From: Nitrososphaeria archaeon
Lineage (GTDB): Archaea > Thermoproteota > Nitrososphaeria > Conexivisphaerales > UBA164
DNA length: 64,000 bases
NCBI GenBank assembly: GCA_049976505.1
Contig: JBMFIC010000006.1
Location: forward strand, 964 to 64,963
Direction: 5' to 3'
The notes under the pieces: model-generated
Told to the model about the DNA's origin: nothing
What the model saw: only the letters and a program-made list of their open reading frames with translations
The model's database searches: none
Program-made: the position numbers and the translations under genes
In this document: piece by piece, positions 37,631 to 46,146 of the stretch
Position numbering within the stretch: the first letter of the stretch is position 1
Layout of the letters: each line of letters begins with the position of its first letter

Positions 37631-39263
37631 GTCCGAGTACGAAAGGTGGTACAGGGAAAGGGTTCTCACAAATCCGATTCCAGAAAGGGGCGAGTTCCAT
37701 ACATCATCGGGCATCAAGGTGAAAACAGTTTACGTGCCCTCCGACGTTAAAGGGGACTACTTTGAGAAGCTCGGGATGCCAGGCGAGTATCCGTTCACCC
37801 GGGGAATTCATCCGACCATGTACAGGTCCAGGCTCTGGACCATAAGGGAGTTCTCGGGCCTTGGAGACGCTTTCATGACCAACGCCAGGCTCAAGTACCT
37901 AGTCCAGCATGGCGAAACAGGCCTCAGCATAGCGTTCGACTATCCAACGCTCCTGGGCCTGGACTCGGACGATCCGCTCGCAAGGGGTGAGGTTGGAAGG
38001 GCCGGTGTTGCCATCAGCACCCTCGATGACATGAGCGTGATGTTTGACGGGATAAACCTCGGCGAAATCTCAACATCGATGACGATTAATGGGCCAGCCG
38101 CTGTGATCTGGGGCTTCTACATCGTCGTTGGAGAGATGCAGGGGGTTAGCTCAAAGGACCTCAGGGGCACGATACAGAACGACATACTCAAGGAGTACAT
38201 GGCGCAGAAGTCGTTCATATTTCCCCCCGAGCCCTCATTGAAGCTCGTAATAGACACCTTCGAGTACGGAGCAAAGTACCTGCCCCAGTGGAACCCGATA
38301 AGCATCAGCGGCTATCACATAAGGGAGGCCGGCGCAACAGCCGTCCAGGAGCTTGCTTTCACCCTCGCGAACGGCCTTGAGTACGTGAAGCAGGCCGTCA
38401 AGAGAGGGCTGGACGTCGACGACTTTGCTCCAAGGCTCAGCTTCTTCTTTGACTCCTCAATGGACTTCTTCGAGGAGATTGCAAAGTTCAGGGCTGCAAG
38501 AAGGATCTGGGCCAGGGAGATGAAGAGCAGGTTCAACCCCAAGAAGGAGAGGTCGCTCTGGCTCAGGTTCCACACGCAGACATCGGGCGCGTCTCTGACC
38601 GCCCAGCAGCCCGAGGTGAACATAATACGCACCACCATAGAGGCCCTTGCCGCTGTCCTCGGGGGTACGCAGAGCCTCCACACGAACTCCTACGATGAGG
38701 CCTTCGGTCTTCCAACCGAATACGCTGTCAGGATCGCCCTGAGAACACAGCAGGTGATCGCCTACGAGTCAAACGTGCCCAGCACGGTCGATCCTCTTGG
38801 CGGAAGCTACTACATAGAATGGCTTACCGACAAGATGGAGGAGGAGGTCTACAGGTACTTTGATAAGATAGAGAGCTTGGGCGGCGTAATAGAGGGGATA
38901 AAGAAGGGGTTCTTCCAGAAGGAGATAGCCGACTCTGCCTACAGGCTTCAGAAGGAGATCGAGGAGGGCCGGAGAACCCTGATCGGCGTTAACGCTTTCA
39001 GGGTCGATGAGGAGCCGAGGATAGAGGTTCTCAAGATACCTGAATACATAGAGAGAAGGCAGATAAGGAGGGTGAAGGAGTACAAGAGGAACAGGGACAT
39101 GAGAAAGGTTGAGGATTCCCTAAACCTCATAAGAAAAAAGGCCGATGAGGAGAACCTCATGCCTTACATAATCAACGCGATAAAGAACAAGGCAACGCTC
39201 GGCGAAATTATAGGGGCTCTCAAGGATGTATGGGGGGAGTACGTGGAGCCAATTGTGATCTGA
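37617..39263 (+). CDS. B12-dependent acyl-CoA mutase large subunit (isobutyryl-CoA-mutase-type residues)
   Basis: PGEYPFTRG, QNDILKE, SISGYH and QSLHTNSYDE motifs; WTIREF and EYMAQ at the specificity positions. Confidence 0.93.
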   Translation: MKSFESEYERWYRERVLTNPIPERGEFHTSSGIKVKTVYVPSDVKGDYFEKLGMPGEYPFTRGIHPTMYRSRLWTIREFSGLGDAFMTNARLKYLVQHGETGLSIAFDYPTLLGLDSDDPLARGEVGRAGVAISTLDDMSVMFDGINLGEISTSMTINGPAAVIWGFYIVVGEMQGVSSKDLRGTIQNDILKEYMAQKSFIFPPEPSLKLVIDTFEYGAKYLPQWNPISISGYHIREAGATAVQELAFTLANGLEYVKQAVKRGLDVDDFAPRLSFFFDSSMDFFEEIAKFRAARRIWAREMKSRFNPKKERSLWLRFHTQTSGASLTAQQPEVNIIRTTIEALAAVLGGTQSLHTNSYDEAFGLPTEYAVRIALRTQQVIAYESNVPSTVDPLGGSYYIEWLTDKMEEEVYRYFDKIESLGGVIEGIKKGFFQKEIADSAYRLQKEIEEGRRTLIGVNAFRVDEEPRIEVLKIPEYIERRQIRRVKEYKRNRDMRKVEDSLNLIRKKADEENLMPYIINAIKNKATLGEIIGALKDVWGEYVEPIVI

Positions 39264-39264
39264 G

Positions 39265-39822
39265 TTGGAGCTTGGCCTTGTTGAGGTGTACACAGGAAAC
39301 GGCAAGGGCAAGACTACTGCCAGCATAGGTCTTGCGGTGAGGGCACTGGGCTGGGGTCTCAGGGTGGCGATCTATTTTTTCATGAAGACAGGGGGATACG
39401 GTGAAAACAGGTCTTTACAGGCATTTACAAACCTCAAGCAGAGGTTCTACGGAAAGGATTACTTTCTAACTAAGGACGAGAACATAGCAAGGAGGTTCAA
39501 CGCGGTTCTGGTTAAGGACAGGCCTCCACAGGACTACGTGGATCTGGTCCATGAGGGTCTTTCTGAGGCTGAGAGAGACTTCAGAGACGGCTATGACGTG
39601 GTGATCCTCGATGAGATCCTGACCGCAATTTACTACAACCTGGTGAGCGTTCAGGAAGTGCTTGAGCTCATAGACAGAAAGCCCGCGAGCGTTGAGCTCG
39701 TCCTCACGGGCAGGTATGCCCCAAAGGAGATAATAGAGAGGGCAGATCTGGTAACCGAGATGGTTGAAATCAAGCATCCATATCAGAAGGGGATACAGGC
39801 AAGAAAAGGAGTTGAGTATTAG
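39265..39822 (+). CDS. cobO: Cob(I)alamin adenosyltransferase (CobO/BtuR)
   Basis: YTGNGKGKTTA, ILDE, ELVLTGR and KHPY..G..A..GVEY motifs. Confidence 0.92.
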   Translation: MELGLVEVYTGNGKGKTTASIGLAVRALGWGLRVAIYFFMKTGGYGENRSLQAFTNLKQRFYGKDYFLTKDENIARRFNAVLVKDRPPQDYVDLVHEGLSEAERDFRDGYDVVILDEILTAIYYNLVSVQEVLELIDRKPASVELVLTGRYAPKEIIERADLVTEMVEIKHPYQKGIQARKGVEY

Positions 39823-40994
39823 ACTAGCTCCACTGAAATCGAGGTAGCCCCTCCTATTCCATGACAGAGGCTGGCTATTCCCCTTTTTCCCTTGAAGGTT
39901 CTGAGAACGTTTAACAGAGTAACTATGAGCCGCGCTCCGCTTGCACCTATCGGATGCCCAAGGGCTATGGCCCCGCCCAGCACGTTGAGCCTATCGTAGG
40001 GAACCCCCAGCTGATCAACGTAGATCAGGGAGCTCACAGCAAAGGCCTCGTTGTTCTCAAAGTAGTCGTAGTCGCTTATCTTCGTCCCGGTCTTCTCGAG
40101 CAGCTTCGTAGTTGATATGACCGGAGCCACCGGAAACCTGTAGCTTTCAACGCCTGCCCACGCATGTCCGGTGATCCTGGCTATGGGCTTCATCGAGAGC
40201 TCCCTGACGGCTCTTTCGCTGGCGAGCACCAGCGCCGCTGCTCCGTCCGATATCTGAGAGGACGTTCCAGCTGTATGCAGTCCATCGCTTCCAAACGCAG
40301 GCTTGAGCGCCGCCAGCTTTTCGATAGACGTGTCCCTTCTGATGCCTTCATCTGCCGTGATCGCTGTCCCTCCCGCATCGACCGGAACTATTTCATTCCT
40401 GAAGATTCCAGATTCGGTTGCCTTGGCTGCCCTCATGTGGCTCTCATAGGCCACGCTGTCAAGCTTATCCCTCGTGTATCCAAGCTCCTTGGCAACAGCG
40501 TCCGCCTCCTGTCCCATCAGCATTCCGTTGAACGGATCGCGCAGGCCATCGACGATCATTTCATCCTCAAAGGGCAGGCCATCCCCCATTATCATCTTCA
40601 CCCCCCACCTTACGTAGCCCCTGACGCATAAGGGTGACTGGCTCATTGATTCTGTCCCTCCTGCAAGCACAACTTCAGCATCACCGGCCCTGATCATGTT
40701 CTCCGCCAGGATGACAGCCATCATCCCGCTTGAGCAGACCATGTCCACGGAAAAGGCATCCTTATCAACCGGGATTCCGGCCTTTATGGAGATCTGCCTT
40801 GACAAGTCCTGACCATGAAGACCTCTGATCACGTTTCCGAAGATGGCAAGATCAACCTGGGATGGCTCGAGACCGGCTTCACTTATTGCTGCTCTCGCGG
40901 CAGCTACCCCCAGCTCCACTGGGGAGAGATTTCTGAGAGAGCCTCCGAACTTGCCTATAGGGGTTCTTTTTGCGGAAACTATGTACACGTCCAT
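39819..40994 (-). CDS. Acetyl-CoA acetyltransferase (thiolase)
   Basis: RTPIGKFGG, VCSSG, NEAFA, GHPIGASG and CHGIGG motifs. Confidence 0.95.
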   Translation of the reverse strand: MDVYIVSAKRTPIGKFGGSLRNLSPVELGVAAARAAISEAGLEPSQVDLAIFGNVIRGLHGQDLSRQISIKAGIPVDKDAFSVDMVCSSGMMAVILAENMIRAGDAEVVLAGGTESMSQSPLCVRGYVRWGVKMIMGDGLPFEDEMIVDGLRDPFNGMLMGQEADAVAKELGYTRDKLDSVAYESHMRAAKATESGIFRNEIVPVDAGGTAITADEGIRRDTSIEKLAALKPAFGSDGLHTAGTSSQISDGAAALVLASERAVRELSMKPIARITGHAWAGVESYRFPVAPVISTTKLLEKTGTKISDYDYFENNEAFAVSSLIYVDQLGVPYDRLNVLGGAIALGHPIGASGARLIVTLLNVLRTFKGKRGIASLCHGIGGATSISVELV

Positions 40995-41051
40995 CGAATT
41001 ACATTACGCACAATAATTATATAAGCAGTAAAACAAACATCTAGCTGGATA

Positions 41052-41906
41052 ATGAAGGAAGGGGTCTACTATCTAGGAGAGCTGGGGAACCCTCCCATCC
41101 TTTCAGGCTATCTGATCGTCAACGAAAAGGGCGATTCGGCAATAGTCGAATCAGGCCCCACCTCGACCGCTGACGAGTACCTTAAAAGGGCATCGGAATA
41201 CGTGCCGTTGGACACCATCAAATACGTTTTCATATCGCACGTTCACCTTGACCACTCCGGAGGCTTCTGGAAGATCTCGAGGGAGCTTCCGCAGGTGAAG
41301 GCGGTGGTCTTTGAGAAAGGGGCCAGACATCTGATAGACCCCAGAAAGCTCGTTGAAGCCTCAAGGATGGCCCTTGGGAGGATCTACGACTTCTGGGGGG
41401 ATCCGGAGCCAGTTCAGGAGGATAAAATAGTCAGCGTCGCTGACGGATACCTTAACGAGGAGTTTGGAGTTCGAATAATTTACACCCCTGGCCATGCTTC
41501 ACACAGCACAGCTTTATATCACGAGAAAACTCAGACGTTATTCCCTGGCGACTCAGCAGGGATGCTCATAATAGGCGAGGGAGGCGTTCTGTGGCCCGCA
41601 GCGCCTCCGCCGTTCTACATGGACATGTTCGTCGAGTCGCTGAAGAAGCTGCAGCAGCTGAAGCTGAAAAGGATCTGCTACCCGCACTATGGATGCAGCG
41701 GCAGGCCATACGCGGTCCTTGAGGAAGCTCTGAGCACGTACACTTTCCTTGACGGATTTCTTAGAGAGGGATGCAGGAGGAGCTCGGGCGCTGATCTCTT
41801 CGATGAAATAATGGGCATGCAGAGGTTCAGGGGCCTTCCAAGATCGGAGTACTTTGATGAATTTTACAGGCTGAACCTCAGAGGCTTTGCTGGATCATGC
41901 GTATAG
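41052..41906 (+). CDS. MBL-fold metallohydrolase
   Basis: SHVHLDHSGG, TPGHASH, GDSAG and PHYG motifs. Confidence 0.9.
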   Translation: MKEGVYYLGELGNPPILSGYLIVNEKGDSAIVESGPTSTADEYLKRASEYVPLDTIKYVFISHVHLDHSGGFWKISRELPQVKAVVFEKGARHLIDPRKLVEASRMALGRIYDFWGDPEPVQEDKIVSVADGYLNEEFGVRIIYTPGHASHSTALYHEKTQTLFPGDSAGMLIIGEGGVLWPAAPPPFYMDMFVESLKKLQQLKLKRICYPHYGCSGRPYAVLEEALSTYTFLDGFLREGCRRSSGADLFDEIMGMQRFRGLPRSEYFDEFYRLNLRGFAGSCV

Positions 41907-41943
41907 ATATGCTTATTAGCATCTTTTTGCAACTTTTTCAGAC

Positions 41944-42633
41944 GTGCTAGGAATAACTGCCTCCGAGCTTGTTCACGACCTGCCCTGGTCCATCGTGCTC
42001 CTGCTCTGGGTAGTTTTTGTCGTCATGTACGTTGCTAGGTGGTTCTACGGGCTGGCCATAAGAAAGGGCTATCCTGAAAGGTCCGCAACTTACTTCGGAA
42101 GAAAGGTCATCCACATACTGGCAGGTGGGCTCGTGGCGATACTCCTTCCGTTCCTTTTTGAGGAGCCGATCCTGCCGCTGGTCATGGCCGCAATACTTAC
42201 GATTGCGGTTTACCTTCCGCACAGAACCGGTAAGCTGTACTACTGGTTTCAGGACCCCACGAACATGTATGAGGTTCACTTTACCATAGCCTGGGGCCTT
42301 CTCGTGTTCTTCCTATGGTTCCTTGACAGAAGGTACTGGCTGGCCGTAGTGCCGGTTCTGTTCATGGCATGGGGCGACGGGGTGACAGGCATAGTTCGCA
42401 ACTTCAGATACAAGCAGAGGGTCAAGGCGTGGGAGGGAAGCCTAGCAATGCTGATAACGTGTGTGCCCATCGGCGCGATAGCAGGATGGGGAGGCATCAT
42501 AGCCGGAATCCTATCAACGCTTGCGGAGAAGCAGAAGTACATAGATGACAACATAGCTGTGCCCCTTGTGGCCGTAATCGTGCTCCTGATATTCAGGTTC
42601 ACGTATCCGGCTTTCCTTCAGAGCCTCTATTAG
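41944..42633 (+). CDS. Dolichol/phytol kinase-family (CTP-dependent) membrane protein
   Basis: RKVIH, GDG, KAWEGS and DDN motifs. Confidence 0.85.
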   Translation: MLGITASELVHDLPWSIVLLLWVVFVVMYVARWFYGLAIRKGYPERSATYFGRKVIHILAGGLVAILLPFLFEEPILPLVMAAILTIAVYLPHRTGKLYYWFQDPTNMYEVHFTIAWGLLVFFLWFLDRRYWLAVVPVLFMAWGDGVTGIVRNFRYKQRVKAWEGSLAMLITCVPIGAIAGWGGIIAGILSTLAEKQKYIDDNIAVPLVAVIVLLIFRFTYPAFLQSLY

Positions 42634-42666
42634 GGTTCTAAGCTGAGCCTGAGAGCCAGTTCCCCT

Positions 42667-44184
42667 TTAATCGTATAGATGCAGCACCAGCATGAGGGAG
42701 GAGAACTCTAAAGCGCCGCTGAGCACCATTGCGACCAGCGAAGTAAGGACCGGCATTTTAAAGTACTCCAGTATAAAGTAAACTGCAAAGGGAAGGCCCA
42801 CTACGATTCCAGAGGCCAGGTAGCCCGCGGCGGTGAACAGCATGCTCAGGGCTCCTCCACTCTTGTATATCTCCTCAAAGATGATCCCGATCAGAGGCAC
42901 GCTGCTGAGCGGACCCAGAACCCCAAATATGAAGGGCAGAAGCACGACAAATGACACGTGCTTAAGTAGCGCCAGGATCGCTATCGCTGACATAAATATA
43001 TAATAGGATAATACGGTAAGGAGGAGCTTGGGAATAGCTATAGCGGTCCTGCTGATGGGCATGATTCTCAACACCCATGCGCCTCTCGTTTCTGCGTAGT
43101 AGAAGGCAAGAGGGATCATAATAGAAAGAAAGGCAAGCTCGAGGCCCTCCACATCTATCAGGGCGGGTGCGTTTGATGGACTCACCGAGTACCCGCCGGA
43201 AACGAGGGTGCTCGCCACTATAATCAGGACAGTGACAAATGAGGCAACGAGGGATCTCTTCGCGCCCCTCAGATCGGCCATCATCAGGGCTAGCGTTTTG
43301 CTCCTGTAAATTCTCCACCTTACGCTGATCGCCCTGGGCGCCCTGGGCTGGGGGAAGAAAGCTACTGGATACTCTCCTATCAGCCTCCACGCGATCTGCG
43401 GGGCTTTTCTTAAAACCCATGCTGCAGGCAAGATCATCCAAAGAACGGTGAACGCCAGCCCTAGTGGCGTGTAGAGCGATATTATGCTGAAAGGCGGAGC
43501 AAAGAAGAGCTCATCGATCTGGGACTGGCTTAAAAATGAGAGAGCGTTACCAGCATACAGAAACAGAAGGAAGAAGAGCATCGGAAGGCCTCCCAGTATC
43601 CTCACGAGCGTAGAAACCGTCGGTGACCTTCCCCTGGACCAGTAAACGAGATCTATGGACAGGAAAGCAAGAAAGAAGGCTAATGACACTCCGGTCAGCG
43701 CCGCAAGGACGTAAAACGGAGAGCGCAAAATCATCGAGTCAGCTAGGGCTCCCATGAGAACCGATATGAGGGGATAGTCAACCAGCTTTATTATGGACAG
43801 GAGAACTTTCCTCTGTACTTCGTTTTCATCAAGCGGAAGGGTAGCGAGGAAGTCCCTCAGGCTGGTCGTTGCGTAGACCGCATATGAAAGAGGAAGGAGC
43901 AGCATGGATATTGCCAGGCCGCTAAGGCTGAACAGATACGCTACAATGAATGCCGGTCCCATGAAGGGCTTCTGATATGTGCTAGAAGCTGGCCGAAGAT
44001 GGCCGGCGACTCCAAGAACGATAAATACAAAAAGAAATATCCCGGCGATAAGTATCTTCTGAAACCTTATGGTTCTGAAGCTGCGCCTTATGCTGAGGGG
44101 TTTGAAACCGGTCTGTCTCATCGCAGTGTAGGCTAAAACCGAAATCTCCCGGGCTATAGCCTCCTCGAGCGTTATCCTCTTCAT
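42667..44184 (-). CDS. ABC exporter permease
   Basis: About 12 TM segments with two L-x-x-L/M-P-I/L repeats; overlaps the ATPase gene. Confidence 0.7.
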   Translation of the reverse strand: MKRITLEEAIAREISVLAYTAMRQTGFKPLSIRRSFRTIRFQKILIAGIFLFVFIVLGVAGHLRPASSTYQKPFMGPAFIVAYLFSLSGLAISMLLLPLSYAVYATTSLRDFLATLPLDENEVQRKVLLSIIKLVDYPLISVLMGALADSMILRSPFYVLAALTGVSLAFFLAFLSIDLVYWSRGRSPTVSTLVRILGGLPMLFFLLFLYAGNALSFLSQSQIDELFFAPPFSIISLYTPLGLAFTVLWMILPAAWVLRKAPQIAWRLIGEYPVAFFPQPRAPRAISVRWRIYRSKTLALMMADLRGAKRSLVASFVTVLIIVASTLVSGGYSVSPSNAPALIDVEGLELAFLSIMIPLAFYYAETRGAWVLRIMPISRTAIAIPKLLLTVLSYYIFMSAIAILALLKHVSFVVLLPFIFGVLGPLSSVPLIGIIFEEIYKSGGALSMLFTAAGYLASGIVVGLPFAVYFILEYFKMPVLTSLVAMVLSGALEFSSLMLVLHLYD

Positions 44185-44951
44185 AACGCTTCAGTGAGCT
44201 CCCTTATCTCATCCTCGGCATGAATGGCCTTGATGAAGGCATCCTCAAGGGATCCTGCGTTCAGCTGGCTCATTATTTTGTGAGTTTCGCCACTTATCAC
44301 CTCTGAGCCCTTGTTTATTATCATTATTTTATCGCAGATCTTCTCTGCGATTTCCATGATGTGCGTCGAGAACAGCACTGCCCCGCCCTCCCTCTTGTGG
44401 TTCTGTATTATTTCCTTGAATATCCTGGCGGACTTGACGTCCAGCGCATTGAATGGCTCATCGAGTATTAGAAGCTTGGGCCTGTGCATTATGGCGGAGA
44501 TTATTGCAACCTTCTGCCTGTTACCCTGCGAGAGGCTCAGTATGTAGCTATCAAGGAACTCCCTTAAGCCAAAAGCATCCACGAGGTGATCTATCCTGCT
44601 GATATCGTTGACCCCTCTTATTGATGCTACAAGCTCAAGGAACTCCCTCACCTTCAGCGCGTCGAGAACTGCAGGGGTCTCCATCACGGCGCCTATCTGA
44701 TTCAGGAGGGACTTCCTTGGCCTTCCCATTCCCAGCAGATCCACCGTGCCCTCATATGGCACGAGGTTAAGGATCGCCTTGATGGTGGAGGTCTTGCCGG
44801 CACCGTTGGGACCAAGAAGGCCGAAAACCTCTCCCTCGTATATCCTAAATGAAATTCCGTTAACCGCGACCTTCTCCCCATACCTCACCTTAAGATCCTG
44901 GACGCTTAGCACGTACCCTGCCTGCAATTCTGTAGTCCAGTTAGTGGCCAC
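44181..44951 (-). CDS. ABC transporter ATPase
   Basis: GPNGAGKTS, LSQG, LDEP and STH motifs. Confidence 0.93.
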   Translation of the reverse strand: MATNWTTELQAGYVLSVQDLKVRYGEKVAVNGISFRIYEGEVFGLLGPNGAGKTSTIKAILNLVPYEGTVDLLGMGRPRKSLLNQIGAVMETPAVLDALKVREFLELVASIRGVNDISRIDHLVDAFGLREFLDSYILSLSQGNRQKVAIISAIMHRPKLLILDEPFNALDVKSARIFKEIIQNHKREGGAVLFSTHIMEIAEKICDKIMIINKGSEVISGETHKIMSQLNAGSLEDAFIKAIHAEDEIRELTEAL

Positions 44952-45008
44952 AAAATAAATAAACGTTATTCAGGAGGTCTTAGGGTGATGATTTTCCGCC
45001 TAACAAAG

Positions 45009-45051
45009 CTGACCTCCTCCCCGCCCTGAAAAGGTGGGGCTTTAGCTAACT
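45009..45051 (-). mobile_element. 43-bp IS200/IS605 left/right-end hybrid (single-hairpin remnant)
   Basis: Minus strand TTTAC|AGTTAGCTAAAGCCCCACCTTTTCAGGGCGGGGAGGAGGTCAG: the 5' half resembles the left end and the 3' half matches the right end of the element at 1510-2997. Confidence 0.85.
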
Positions 45052-45526
45052 GTAAACATTTGCAATGCGCGTAGCGCTGTAATTTAAACTTAAAAGGAGC
45101 TTTCGGAAATGCAGGAAGGAGCATGGAAAAAGAGACAAAGTGAAAGGTTCACGGAAGGCTTCGGGAAAGCTTAGTGCCATATCGATGATTGAGGTGCAGG
45201 GATTCGTCTACTGTAATAGATACGGCGCTATCGCTTAGCTCTGTTGCGCTTGTAATTAGAAAGGAGCCGCCTGATAGTTCAGCACCTCGGCCTTTAAGAT
45301 GAGGCTTTAATAAATTCCTGGCTTCTTTTAAACATGCAGCCAGGTAATGTGAAATACAAGAAGATCCTTATTATAAAATGCTTTAGGCCTCAAAGCTTCT
45401 TTAATTCTATTCAGGCCAAAGTCCCGCTCACGTTACATGCTAGTTCTATGCGACCTTTAGGTGGTTCCGCCTACTTAACATAGCCAGAAAGCTTTTCACA
45501 GCTATGAAACTTTTTATGGAGGAGTA

Positions 45527-45599
45527 AGCCTCGGGCGGGATTTGAACCCGCGACCTTCCGCTTACGAGGCGGACGCTCTGCCGGCTGAGCTACCGAGGC
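45527..45599 (-). tRNA. tRNA-Thr(CGT)
   Basis: Cloverleaf with GCCTCGG/CCGAGGC acceptor stem, TCCGC-CT-CGT-AA-GCGGA anticodon arm and TTCAAAT T-loop; no encoded CCA. Confidence 0.95.
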
Positions 45600-45675
45600 G
45601 CTCACTAAAACCTAAAATGGAATCCAAATAAAAGCTTTACCCGGCTTGTGCGCCGTCGCAAATCGATTTCAGGGA

Positions 45676-45769
45676 CCATCCTGGATATCTGAGACCTGAC
45701 CTCCTCCCCGCCCTGAAGGGCGAGGGTTCCCGAGGTCTCGGGGGTTACTCCCCTTTAGCGGGAGCTACT
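45676..45769 (-). ncRNA. Stand-alone TnpB omegaRNA (scaffold 45769-45696, guide GTCTCAGATATCCAGGATGG)
   Basis: 72/74 identity to 2924-2997; the homology starts about 26 nt downstream of a TATA box. Confidence 0.72.
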
Positions 45770-45848
45770 GAGCTAATAAACGCCAGGCACATATTTAAGT
45801 TTTTTGTCGTTTTCATTTCCGCCGTAAACGGCGAAGCTTTCAGCTTCT
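45696..45848 (-). mobile_element. 153-bp non-autonomous IS200/IS605 mini-element carrying only left end, promoter and omegaRNA/right end
   Basis: Target TTTAC (plus strand GTAAA 45849-45853); left end AAAG plus hairpin TTCGCCG-TTTA-CGGCGGA; right end ...GGAGGAGGTCAG ending at 45696. Confidence 0.87.
45791..45806 (-). promoter_or_regulatory. BRE/TATA promoter of the mini-element omegaRNA
   Basis: Minus strand CAAAAAAC-TTAAATAT; TATA centre about 45795 predicts a TSS near 45769. Confidence 0.6.
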
Positions 45849-45903
45849 GTAAAAAAATTTAAATAATATTTAAATACAAGTATTTCTACGGCGATTAAGG
45901 ATA

Positions 45904-46146
45904 ATGTCTTCTAAAGTTGACATACTTAAAAATAAATACGTGCCAAAACACATCATCCTAACTAAGGAGGAGGTCGAGGAGGTTCTCAGGAAGTATCATG
46001 CGAAGATCGAGCAGCTCCCAAAGATAAGGGCCACAGACCCAGTGATCAGGGCCATAGGTGCCAAGCCGGGCGACGTGATCAAGATAATTAGGGAGAGCGA
46101 AACGGCGGGCGTTGTTGAGTATTATAGGCTGGTGGTTGAAGAATGA
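45904..46146 (+). CDS. rpoH: RNA polymerase subunit H (Rpo5)
   Basis: VPKH, QLPKI..TDP, GDVIKI.RES and YRLV motifs. Confidence 0.96.
   Translation: MSSKVDILKNKYVPKHIILTKEEVEEVLRKYHAKIEQLPKIRATDPVIRAIGAKPGDVIKIIRESETAGVVEYYRLVVEE

Noticed and set aside
44985-45012. GTGATGA...CTGA resembling half of a C/D sRNA
   Set aside because: The CTGA is supplied by the IS-remnant end, and there is no convincing second box pair.
45057-45526. About 470 bp non-coding stretch next to tRNA-Thr, as a possible integrated-element remnant or ncRNA
   Set aside because: No att-like duplication of the tRNA 3' end, integrase fragment or recognisable RNA motif could be found by eye.
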